64,000 nucleotides of DNA from Eledone cirrhosa (lineage: Eukaryota). The notes under the pieces are model-generated. The model was not told the DNA's origin. It searched no databases and worked only from the letters and a program-made list of their open reading frames with translations. Positions within the stretch are counted from its first letter, which is position 1; every line of letters starts with the position of its first letter. Below, in pieces: positions 50,179 through 64,000 of the stretch. A program made the translations under genes and the position numbers. The stretch is from the NCBI GenBank assembly GCA_964016885.1, contig CAXHJY010000177.1:28055-92054 (forward strand). The letters run 5' to 3'.

Positions 50179-52965
50179 TCTCTTTTACCTGTTTCAGCCA
50201 TCCGGCTGAGGCCATGCTGGGGCACCGCCCTTGTTGCTACACATTTTATCTCCAGCCTGTATAGGTTGGCCACTGGTGTAGGAGGGAGTTTGTTGCTGCT
50301 GCCCTTAGGTTTCCCTCGTGTCTTGCTGTGGGCTCATCCGGGATCCTGGATAACAAGGTGTCGAGATGTTTCTTAAAGACATCCACCTCCACGTCATGCA
50401 AGTCTCGCAGATGCCTCGGCAGCCTGTTGAAGAGTTGAGGGCCCTTGAATCCCAGGCTATTGCAATACCTGCTCCTTATTCTAGATGTGGAAGACGGGAC
50501 CTTTGGCACCACACAGTGACGTCCTGTTCGACGGTTGGTCCAGCTCCCAATGCCAAAGTTTGGTGCTAGTCCCTCCAGGATTTTCCACATGTAGATCACT
50601 GCGTATCTCTCCCGTCTTCGCTCCAAGGAGTAGAGGTTCAGTTCCTTCAGCCTCTCCCAGTAGCTTGTCTCCCTCATCTTGGCAATCCTCTTGGTGTCGC
50701 TTCGCTGGATTGCCTCAAGCTCCGTGGTTAGTTTGACACTATGGGGTGACCACAGCTGGGAGCAGTAGTCCAGGCGGCTTAGGACAAAAGTCCTCCACAG
50801 TGTCAACATGGTGTCTCGATCTCTTGTAAGGAAAGTCCTCAAGATCCAGCCAGCGAATTGTCTACATGTTGTCACCACCTTCATGATGTGTGAAGAAAAA
50901 GATGCATCATCGCTCATGTCTATGCCCAGGTCTCGTATCGATTTTGACACGGGGATATCGGTCCCTCCTGGTCCTGTGTAGCTGTGTTCCGCTATATTTG
51001 TGTTTGTGTTTGCAGGTTTGTATTGTAGGGCTTGGAATTTGCCAGCATTAAACTGCATGTTGTTTTCTTCCGCCCATCTGTATATGGCATCCAGATCCTG
51101 CTGTAAGAGGGCAGCGTCAGCCGGGTTTTTGATTGCCTGTGCTACCTTAGTGTCATCAGCATAGCTAGTGAGGGATGTTGTTGCATGCACCACAGAGGGC
51201 ATGTCCGAGAGAGCCACCAAAAACAGTAGTGGTCCCAGGACTGTCCCCTGGGGCACCCCACTTGTTATCGGTGTTTCCCTCGAGAGGGCCCCATTTGCTG
51301 CGACTGCCTGGCTTCTGTCCCTTAGGAAGCCATGCAGCCACTCACCTACTTTTCCAGTTATGCCGAGTCCGTGTAGTTTGTGACATATCATTCCGTGGTC
51401 GACCTTGTCAAAGGCCTTCGCAAAGTCAAGATATATCACGTCTACATGTGAGCTGTCTAGTAGTTGTCTCAGTAGCCAGTCGTAGTGATGTAGCAGCTGT
51501 GTAATGCAGCTTCTTCCTGGGCGGAAGCCATGTTGCGTGCTAGTCAGGCGGTCATTTACTTCGAGGAAAGTGATTAGTTTCTTTCTGACGACTCGCTCCA
51601 TGACCTTACTGATATGCGACGTCAGGGAGACTGGCCTATAGTTCTTGGCCTCCGCTCTACTACCTCCTTTATGGATAGGGCATATTGTGCCTTCTTTCAG
51701 CTCCCTGGGTAGTACACCGCTAGCCAAGGAGCTTCTGAAGAGCATCTTCAGTGGAGTTGCTAAGGCCCGCTGACATATTTTTAGGAGAACTGCTGGGAAT
51801 GCATCAGGTCCAGCAGCCGAGTCTGTTCTAATTTCATCAATGGCGTACACCACATCCTCCTCCTTTATGTCTATGTGGTTGATGGTTGCCATTTCTTGAT
51901 GTAGTGTTGTGGCATCAAAGAACTCCTCTGGCTTCGTTATTTGTATGTGTCTCAGTGGACATGTGAAGACACTTTTGTACTGTTCGTTCAGTATTTCACA
52001 TATCTCTTGGGGATTTTCGGTTAATGAACCGTCCGTGTGGAAGAGTGGTCCAATCTTGCAGTGTACTGAGGCAGATTCTTTTGCAAATTTAAAGAAGGCC
52101 TTAGGGTTTTTTTTAATGTTTTCTATGCCCCTGTTCTCTTTCTTTGCCCTCTCATTCTCATGTGAAAGTTTGAGTGCAATCTCGGTGTCAAGTAGTGCAC
52201 GTTTCAAATAGGATTCCTTCTTGTTTTGGTTTTGTTGATTATTCAACTGGTTTGAGAGTTTAATTCTACGTCTCATAAGGATTTTCCTATCTCTGGGAAT
52301 AAGATTTTTGTGTCTGTTTGCCTCTTTCTCCGGGACACACTTTTTGCATATGGTGTGTATCGTTGTCATGAAGTGTTGAAATTGTGTGTTAGTGTCTTGT
52401 GTGGCGATGTTTTCACTCCATGTTTGCTTCTGGATTTCACTCTTAATCTTTTTCCAGTTAGCCCCGTAGAAGTTAAGGCTGGATAGCGTCCCGGAGCTTC
52501 TTGGTGGTTTTGTCTCTGTTGGTTCTGTTGGACCACATATCATTAGCTCTACTAAGTTATGATCCGAGATAATTGTTGGTGTCACCTTTACATTGTGGAT
52601 GAGCACTTCGTTGTTTGTAAAACAGAGGTCCAGGACATTTTCGCCTCTTGTTGGGAGGAGTATTGCTTGCTCCATGAACAGCCTGTGTGTGAGGGCCAGC
52701 AGGGATTCCGTCTGTCTCTGTTCTATTGACGTCATTCCAGAGAGGAGGTGGCCCTCAGGCCATTTGACCTTTGGTAGGTTGAAGTCTCCCAGCAGTAGGA
52801 TGTTGAGACCCTGGTCCAGTTTGTCAAGGACCTCTTCTATCCTACTTAGGCTATCCTCAAATTTACCCTCATGACTGGGGGCATCGGGCGGCCGATATGT
52901 GACACATATTACCGTCTGTAGTTGCTTCATATGTATTATCAGTGTGTCACAGACTGAGTTTGAAT
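50179..52965 (-). mobile_element. young 5'-truncated CR1/L2-group LINE; ORF2 open for about 900 aa (partial AP endonuclease + RT)
   Basis: Motifs [58 protein letters not shown]. Stop at 50246, short 3' UTR, inserted in (TA)n. Confidence 0.95.
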
Positions 52966-52978
52966 GTATATACATATA

Positions 52979-53026
<48 letters not shown>

Positions 53027-53065
53027 CACATATATATATATATACACATATATATATATATACAC

Positions 53066-53234
<169 letters not shown>

Positions 53235-53254
53235 CATATATATATATACACATA

Positions 53255-53295
<41 letters not shown>

Positions 53296-53333
53296 ACACA
53301 TATATATATATACATATATATATATATACATAC

Positions 53334-53380
<47 letters not shown>

Positions 53381-53543
53381 CATACATATATATATATATA
53401 CATATATATATATACATATATATATATACATATATATATATACATATATATACATACATATATATATATATACATATATATATATACATATATATATATA
53501 CATATATATATATACATATATATATATACATATATATATATAC

Positions 53544-53590
<47 letters not shown>

Positions 53591-53611
53591 CATACATATA
53601 TATATACATAC

Positions 53612-53676
<65 letters not shown>

Positions 53677-53701
53677 CATATATATATACATATATATATA
53701 C

Positions 53702-53734
<33 letters not shown>

Positions 53735-53833
53735 CATACATATATATATACATATATATACATACATATATATATACATATATATATATATACATATATA
53801 TATATACATATATATACATACATATATATATAC

Positions 53834-53866
<33 letters not shown>

Positions 53867-53879
53867 CATATATATATAC

Positions 53880-54022
<143 letters not shown>

Positions 54023-54115
54023 CATACATATATATATACATATATATATACATACATATATATATACATATATATATACATACATATATATATACATACA
54101 TATATATATACATAC

Positions 54116-54146
<31 letters not shown>

Positions 54147-54290
54147 CATACATATATATATATACATATATATATATATACATACATATATATATATACA
54201 TACATACATATATATATACATACATACATATATATATATATACATACATATATATATATATACATACATATATATAATATATATACATAC

Positions 54291-54323
<33 letters not shown>

Positions 54324-54333
54324 CATACATATA

Positions 54334-54401
<68 letters not shown>

Positions 54402-54423
54402 CATACATATATATATACATACA

Positions 54424-54463
<40 letters not shown>

Positions 54464-54642
54464 CATATATATATACATATATATATATATACATATATAT
54501 ATACATATATATATATATACATATATATATACATATATATATACACATATATATACATATATATATATATACATATATATATATACACATATATATATAT
54601 ACATATATATATATACATATATATATATACACATATATATAC

Positions 54643-54675
<33 letters not shown>

Positions 54676-54694
54676 CATATATATACATATATAC

Positions 54695-54725
<31 letters not shown>

Positions 54726-54820
54726 CATATATATACATATATATATACATATATATACATATATATATACATATATATACATATATATACATATATATAT
54801 ACATATATATATATAAATAC

Positions 54821-54865
<45 letters not shown>

Positions 54866-54866
54866 C

Positions 54867-54915
<49 letters not shown>

Positions 54916-54926
54916 CATATATATAC

Positions 54927-54961
<35 letters not shown>

Positions 54962-55000
54962 CACATATACATATATATATACATATATATATATATATAC

Positions 55001-55031
<31 letters not shown>

Positions 55032-55060
55032 CATATATATATACATATATATATATATAC

Positions 55061-55091
<31 letters not shown>

Positions 55092-55104
55092 CATATATAT
55101 ATAC

Positions 55105-55139
<35 letters not shown>

Positions 55140-55177
55140 CATATATATATACATATATATATATATACATATATATA

Positions 55178-55745
55178 CGTTATTCCGGGTTGAATCGGAG
55201 GTAACCACAGTAAGTAAGGTACTCAATACATAGCAGAGTATAATAGTTTTAATATAGATGAGATTCTACAGGACTAGAACTGTTTCATTCATTAGAAATC
55301 ATCAGGAATCTGGGTATCAAAAATAAATATGGTATTTATAGGTCTCTACAAGTGGTAGGAGAGGGTGGGGAGTGGGATGGGTGCAGGTCATTGGTTGATA
55401 GAGAAGGGAATTCATTAAAGGCTAATTCTACATAGCTATAGTTAATTTATATTTATTTATGTTTTTAGAGTAACAAAGGCAGACAGAAATCTATAAACAA
55501 GTTCCGGATGGCATACCATTCCTTGTCAATAAGTTTCTCTTAAGCTAGCAGATGTCTATAAAATCAGTAGGGGGTCATTCATGCTCGATAGAATTAAAGA
55601 AAAGGGAGATTCTTTAAAAGCTAAAGTCATTAAGTTCTGCTAAGTGACAAAGGTCTAGGGAATTCTGCAGACAGATTCAAAATACTGAGTGCATATCTTA
55701 CTATTATCTTCGAACTTCTCCTAAACTAATCAACAATGTGCCAAA
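55178..55745 (-). mobile_element. probable non-autonomous Penelope-like element / pLTR fragment carrying a hammerhead
   Basis: Unique island in the TA field with a hammerhead and a TATAAATA box (55340-55333) just upstream of it. No ORF recognised. Confidence 0.5.
55261..55311 (-). ncRNA. type I hammerhead ribozyme with monomeric stem III
   Basis: Minus strand reads AGAUUC-CUGAUGA-u.uuc-uaau-gaa.u-GAAA-CAG-uucuaguc-CUG-UA-GAAUCU: perfect 6-bp stem I, 4-bp stem III, GUA triplet. Confidence 0.82.
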
Positions 55746-56025
55746 TCAACAGACACATTCACAAAAAAACAAAAAAACCCCCAAAAAACCAAAAAAACAG
55801 AAAAACAAAAAAAAACCACACCTAAAAAAAACCAAAAAAACACACATACTCACTCACACACTTACGCGCAACCATAAACACACACATAAACACAAATACA
55901 CACATAAAAACACACACACATATATAAAAAAAGTATATAAATATATACAAATATATATTCATGTACACGCACATACATACACACATACATATATAAAATA
56001 CATATACACATATACATACGCACAC

Positions 56026-56073
<48 letters not shown>

Positions 56074-56228
56074 TATAGTATATATATATATATATAATAC
56101 ATACACACACACATATACATATACACATATACACATATATACATATATATACACACATACACACACATACACATACATACATATATATATACATATATAT
56201 ATATACACACATACATATATATACACAA

Positions 56229-56267
<39 letters not shown>

Positions 56268-56272
56268 CAAAC

Positions 56273-56313
<41 letters not shown>

Positions 56314-56989
56314 CACACACGGATACACACACACATACACATACATACACACATACACACATATATATATACACAAGTAAATACACTCACACGCATACAT
56401 ACAAACACGAGTATACATATGTATAAATATCTATACACACACATGTATATATATATATGTATATATATATATATACTTATATATATATATATACATATAT
56501 ATATATACATATATATATACATATATACATATATATATACATATATATATATCACATATATATATATACACATATATATATATACACATATATATATATA
56601 CACATATATATATATACACATATATATATATACACATATATATATATACACATATATATATACATATACATATATATACATATACACATATACATATATA
56701 CATATATACATATACATATATACATATATATATATACATATATACATATATATATATACATATATATATATATACATATACATATACATATATATACATA
56801 TACATATACATATATACATATATATATACATATATACATATATATATATACATATATATACATATATATACATACATATATATATATATACCTATACATA
56901 TATATACATATATATACATACATATATATATATATATACATATATACATACATATACATATATATACATATATACATACATATACATAC

Positions 56990-57020
<31 letters not shown>

Positions 57021-57388
57021 CATACATATATATATATATATATACATACATATATATATATATATATACATACATATACATATATACATACACATATATA
57101 TAGATATATACATACATATACATATATACATACACATATATATAGATATATACATACATATATATATATACATATATACATACATATATATATACATATA
57201 TACATACATATATATATACATATATACATACATATATATATACATATATACATACATATATATATACATATATACATACATATATATATACATACATATA
57301 TATATATATATACATATATATATACATACATACATATATATATACATACATACATATACATACATACATACATATATATATACATACA

Positions 57389-57419
<31 letters not shown>

Positions 57420-57613
57420 ACATATATACATACATATATATATATATATATACATATATATACATATATATACAAATATATACATATACATAAAAATATA
57501 CATATACATATATATATATATATATATACATATACATACATATACATATATATATATATATATACATATACATACATATACATATACATATATACATATA
57601 CATATATATATAC

Positions 57614-57644
<31 letters not shown>

Positions 57645-58348
57645 CATCTATATATATACATATACATATATATATACATATATACATATACATATATACA
57701 TATACATATATATATACATATACATATATATATACATATACGCATATACATATATATACATATACATATATGCATATACATATATATATATTTATATATA
57801 TACATATATATTTATATATATATATATACATATATTCATATACATATATATATATCCATATACATATATTCATATACATATATATATATCCATATACATA
57901 TATATCTATATATACATATATATACATATATATATATCCATATACATATATTCATATACATATATATATATCCATATACATATATATCTATATATACATA
58001 TATATACATATATACATATATACATATATATACATATATACATATATATATATATCTATATATACATATATATATATATATCTATATATACATATATATA
58101 TATATATCTATATATACATATATATATATATCTATATATACATATATATATATATCTATATATACATATATATATATATCTATATATACATATATATATA
58201 TCTATATATATACATATATATATATCTATATATATATACATATATATATATATCTATATATATACATATATATATATCTATCTATATATACATATATATA
58301 TCTATATATACATATATATATATATCTATAAATACATTATACATATAC

Positions 58349-58385
<37 letters not shown>

Positions 58386-58644
58386 CATATATATATACAT
58401 ATATACATATATATACATATACATATATATACATATACATATATATATACATATATATATATATACATATACATATATATATACATATATATATATACAT
58501 ATACATATATACATATATATATACATATATACATATATATATACATATATATATATATACATATATACATATATATATATACATATATAAACATATATAT
58601 ATACATATATATATATATATACATATATATATACATATATAAAC

Positions 58645-58691
<47 letters not shown>

Positions 58692-58694
58692 AAC

Positions 58695-58741
<47 letters not shown>

Positions 58742-58794
58742 CATATATAAACATATATATATATACATATATATATATACATATATACATATAT

Positions 58795-58827
<33 letters not shown>

Positions 58828-58876
58828 TATATACATATACATATATATATATATACATATACATATATACATATAT

Positions 58877-58909
<33 letters not shown>

Positions 58910-58940
58910 TATATACATATACATATATATATATATACAT

Positions 58941-59023
<83 letters not shown>

Positions 59024-59334
59024 CATATATATATATACATATAAATATATATATATACATATATATATATACATATATACATATATATATACATATATAC
59101 ATATATATATACATATATACATATATATATATACATATAAATATATATATATACATATATATATATATACATATATACATATATATATACATATATATAT
59201 ATACATATATATATATACATATATACATATATATATACATATATATATATACATATATATATACATATATATATATACATATATATACATATATATATAT
59301 ACATATATATACATATATATATACATATATATAC

Positions 59335-59371
<37 letters not shown>

Positions 59372-59522
59372 GACATATATATATACATATATATACATAT
59401 ATATATACATATATATACATATATATATACATATATATACATATACATATATATATACATATATATACATATATATACATATATATATACATATATATAC
59501 ATATATATATACATATATATAC

Positions 59523-59553
<31 letters not shown>

Positions 59554-59576
59554 CATATATATATACATATATATAC

Positions 59577-59607
<31 letters not shown>

Positions 59608-59694
59608 CATATATATATACATATATATACATATATATATACATATATATATATATATACATATATATATACATATATATACATATATATATAC

Positions 59695-59729
<35 letters not shown>

Positions 59730-59782
59730 CATATATATATACATATACATATATATACATATATATATACATATATATATAC

Positions 59783-59853
<71 letters not shown>

Positions 59854-59854
59854 C

Positions 59855-59925
<71 letters not shown>

Positions 59926-59926
59926 C

Positions 59927-59959
<33 letters not shown>

Positions 59960-59960
59960 C

Positions 59961-59991
<31 letters not shown>

Positions 59992-60000
59992 CATATATAC

Positions 60001-60033
<33 letters not shown>

Positions 60034-60034
60034 C

Positions 60035-60065
<31 letters not shown>

Positions 60066-60076
60066 CATATATATAC

Positions 60077-60109
<33 letters not shown>

Positions 60110-60159
60110 CATATATATACATATATATATACATATATATATATATACATATATATACA

Positions 60160-60213
<54 letters not shown>

Positions 60214-60222
60214 CATATATAC

Positions 60223-60343
<121 letters not shown>

Positions 60344-60362
60344 CATATATATACATATATAC

Positions 60363-60397
<35 letters not shown>

Positions 60398-60398
60398 C

Positions 60399-60469
<71 letters not shown>

Positions 60470-60493
60470 CATATATATATACATATATATACA

Positions 60494-60525
<32 letters not shown>

Positions 60526-60540
60526 CATATATACATATAT

Positions 60541-60655
<115 letters not shown>

Positions 60656-60676
60656 TATACATATACATATATATAC

Positions 60677-60707
<31 letters not shown>

Positions 60708-60756
60708 CATATATATACATATATATACATATATATATATACATATATATATATAC

Positions 60757-60795
<39 letters not shown>

Positions 60796-61582
60796 CATAT
60801 ATATACATATATATATATATACATATATATACATATATATATATATACATATATATACATATATATATATATCTATATATACATATATATATATATCTAT
60901 ATATACATATATATATATATACATATATATACATATATATATATATACATATATATACATATATATATATATACATATATATACATATATATATATATAT
61001 CTATATATACATATATATATATATCTATATATACATATATATATATATCTATATATACATATATATATATATCTATATATACATATATCTATATATCTAT
61101 ATATACATATATCTATATATCTATATATACATATATATATATCTATATATATACATATATATATATATCTATATATATATACATATATATATATATCTAT
61201 ATATACATATATATATATATCTATATATACATATATATATATATCTATATATACATATATATATATATCTATATATACATATATATATATATCTATATAT
61301 ACATATATATATATATCTATATATACATATATACATATACATATACATATATACATATATATACATATACATATATATACATATACATATATATATACAT
61401 ATATATATATACATATACATATATATATATACATATACATATATATATATACATATACATATATATATATACATATACATATATACATATATATATACAT
61501 ATATATACATATATATATACATATATATATATATACATATATACATATATATATACACATATATAAACATATATATATATAC

Positions 61583-61615
<33 letters not shown>

Positions 61616-61640
61616 CATACATATATATATATATACATAC

Positions 61641-61673
<33 letters not shown>

Positions 61674-61726
61674 CATACATATATATATATATACATACAT
61701 ATATATATACATACATATATATATAT

Positions 61727-61766
<40 letters not shown>

Positions 61767-61803
61767 CATACATATATATATATATACATACATATATATA
61801 TAT

Positions 61804-61856
<53 letters not shown>

Positions 61857-61863
61857 CATATAT

Positions 61864-61896
<33 letters not shown>

Positions 61897-62032
61897 TATA
61901 TACATATACATATATACATATATATATATACATATATATACATACATATATATACATTATATACATATATATATATATATATACATATATACATATACAT
62001 ATATACATATATATATATATACATATATATAC

Positions 62033-62063
<31 letters not shown>

Positions 62064-62130
62064 CATATATATATATACATATAAATATATATATATACAT
62101 ATAAATATATATATATACATATATATATAC

Positions 62131-62177
<47 letters not shown>

Positions 62178-62178
62178 C

Positions 62179-62223
<45 letters not shown>

Positions 62224-62288
62224 TATACATATATATATACATATATATATACACATATATATACATATATATATACATATATATATAC

Positions 62289-62349
<61 letters not shown>

Positions 62350-62380
62350 TATATACATATATATATACATATATATATAC

Positions 62381-62477
<97 letters not shown>

Positions 62478-62508
62478 CATATATATATACATATATATAT
62501 ATATATAC

Positions 62509-62541
<33 letters not shown>

Positions 62542-62552
62542 CATATATATAC

Positions 62553-62598
<46 letters not shown>

Positions 62599-63660
62599 CT
62601 ATATATACATATATATCTATATATACATATATATATATATCTATATATACATATATATATATATCTATATATACATATATATATATATCTATATATACAT
62701 ATATATATATCTATATATATATACATATATATATATCTATATATATATACATATATATATATATCTATATATATATACATATATATATCTATATATATAT
62801 ACATATATATATCTATCTATATATACATATATATATATATCTATATATACATATATATATATATCTATATATACATATATATATATATCTATATATATAT
62901 ACATATATATATATCTATATATACATATATCTATATATATATACATATATATATCTATCTATATATACATATATATATATATCTATATATACATATATAT
63001 ATATTTCTATATATACATATATATACATATATATATACATATATACATATATATACATATACATATATATACATATACATATATATATACATATATACAT
63101 ATACATATATATATATATATACATATATACATATACATATATACATATATATATACATATATATACATATATATATACATATATATATATATACATATAT
63201 ACATATATACACATATATATATATACACATATATATATATACACATATATATATATACACATATATATATATACACATATATATATACATATACATATAT
63301 ATACATATACACATATACATATATACATATATACATATACATATATACATATATATATATACATATATACATATATATATATACATATATATATATATAC
63401 ATATACATATATATACATATATACATATATATATATACATATATACATATATATATACATATATACATATATATATATACATATATATACATATATATAC
63501 ATACATATATATATATATATATACCTATACATATATATACATATATATACATACATATATATCTATACATATATATACATATATATACATACATATATAT
63601 ATATATATATACATATATACATACATATACATATATATACATATACATACATATACATAC

Positions 63661-63693
<33 letters not shown>

Positions 63694-63715
63694 CATATAT
63701 ACATACATATAATAC

Positions 63716-63762
<47 letters not shown>

Positions 63763-64000
63763 CATACATATATATATATATATATACATACATATATATA
63801 TATATATATACATACATATACATATATACATACACATATATATAGATATATACATACATATACATATATACATACACATATATATAGATATATACATACA
63901 TATATATATACATATATACATACATATATATATACATATATACATACATATATATATACATATATACATACATATATATATACATATATACATACATAAT

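Overview
AT-rich, intron- and repeat-dense animal genomic DNA. The SINE/LINE families resemble those of octopus, which is an inference. It contains: (i) the last five coding exons of a + strand multi-SH3 scaffold gene (SH3PXD2/Tks4-Tks5-like, four SH3 domains; PX exons not seen); (ii) a convergent - strand three-exon gene for a 708-aa polyQ/Ser-rich protein ending in a KKRKRQK NLS-like motif; (iii) many tRNA-derived SINEs, RTE, CR1/L2-group and Tx1-like LINE fragments, hAT, Tc1-mariner and piggyBac-like MITEs and Helitron relics; (iv) a (TA/CA)n microsatellite field from about 44.4 kb to the window end, which produces nearly all of the long I/Y/H 'ORFs'. The highlight lies inside that field: a head-to-tail array of apparently identical 310-bp units (48514-49597) plus one inverted partial copy (49594-49845). 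Each complete unit carries a type I hammerhead ribozyme with a palindromic, dimer-type stem III inside a 16-bp clamp. This is a candidate retrozyme / viroid-like circRNA-producing, Penelope-dependent element. A related but distinct hammerhead lies at 55261-55311 and a decayed one at 35926-35961. Coordinates were read by eye, and repeat boundaries are approximate.
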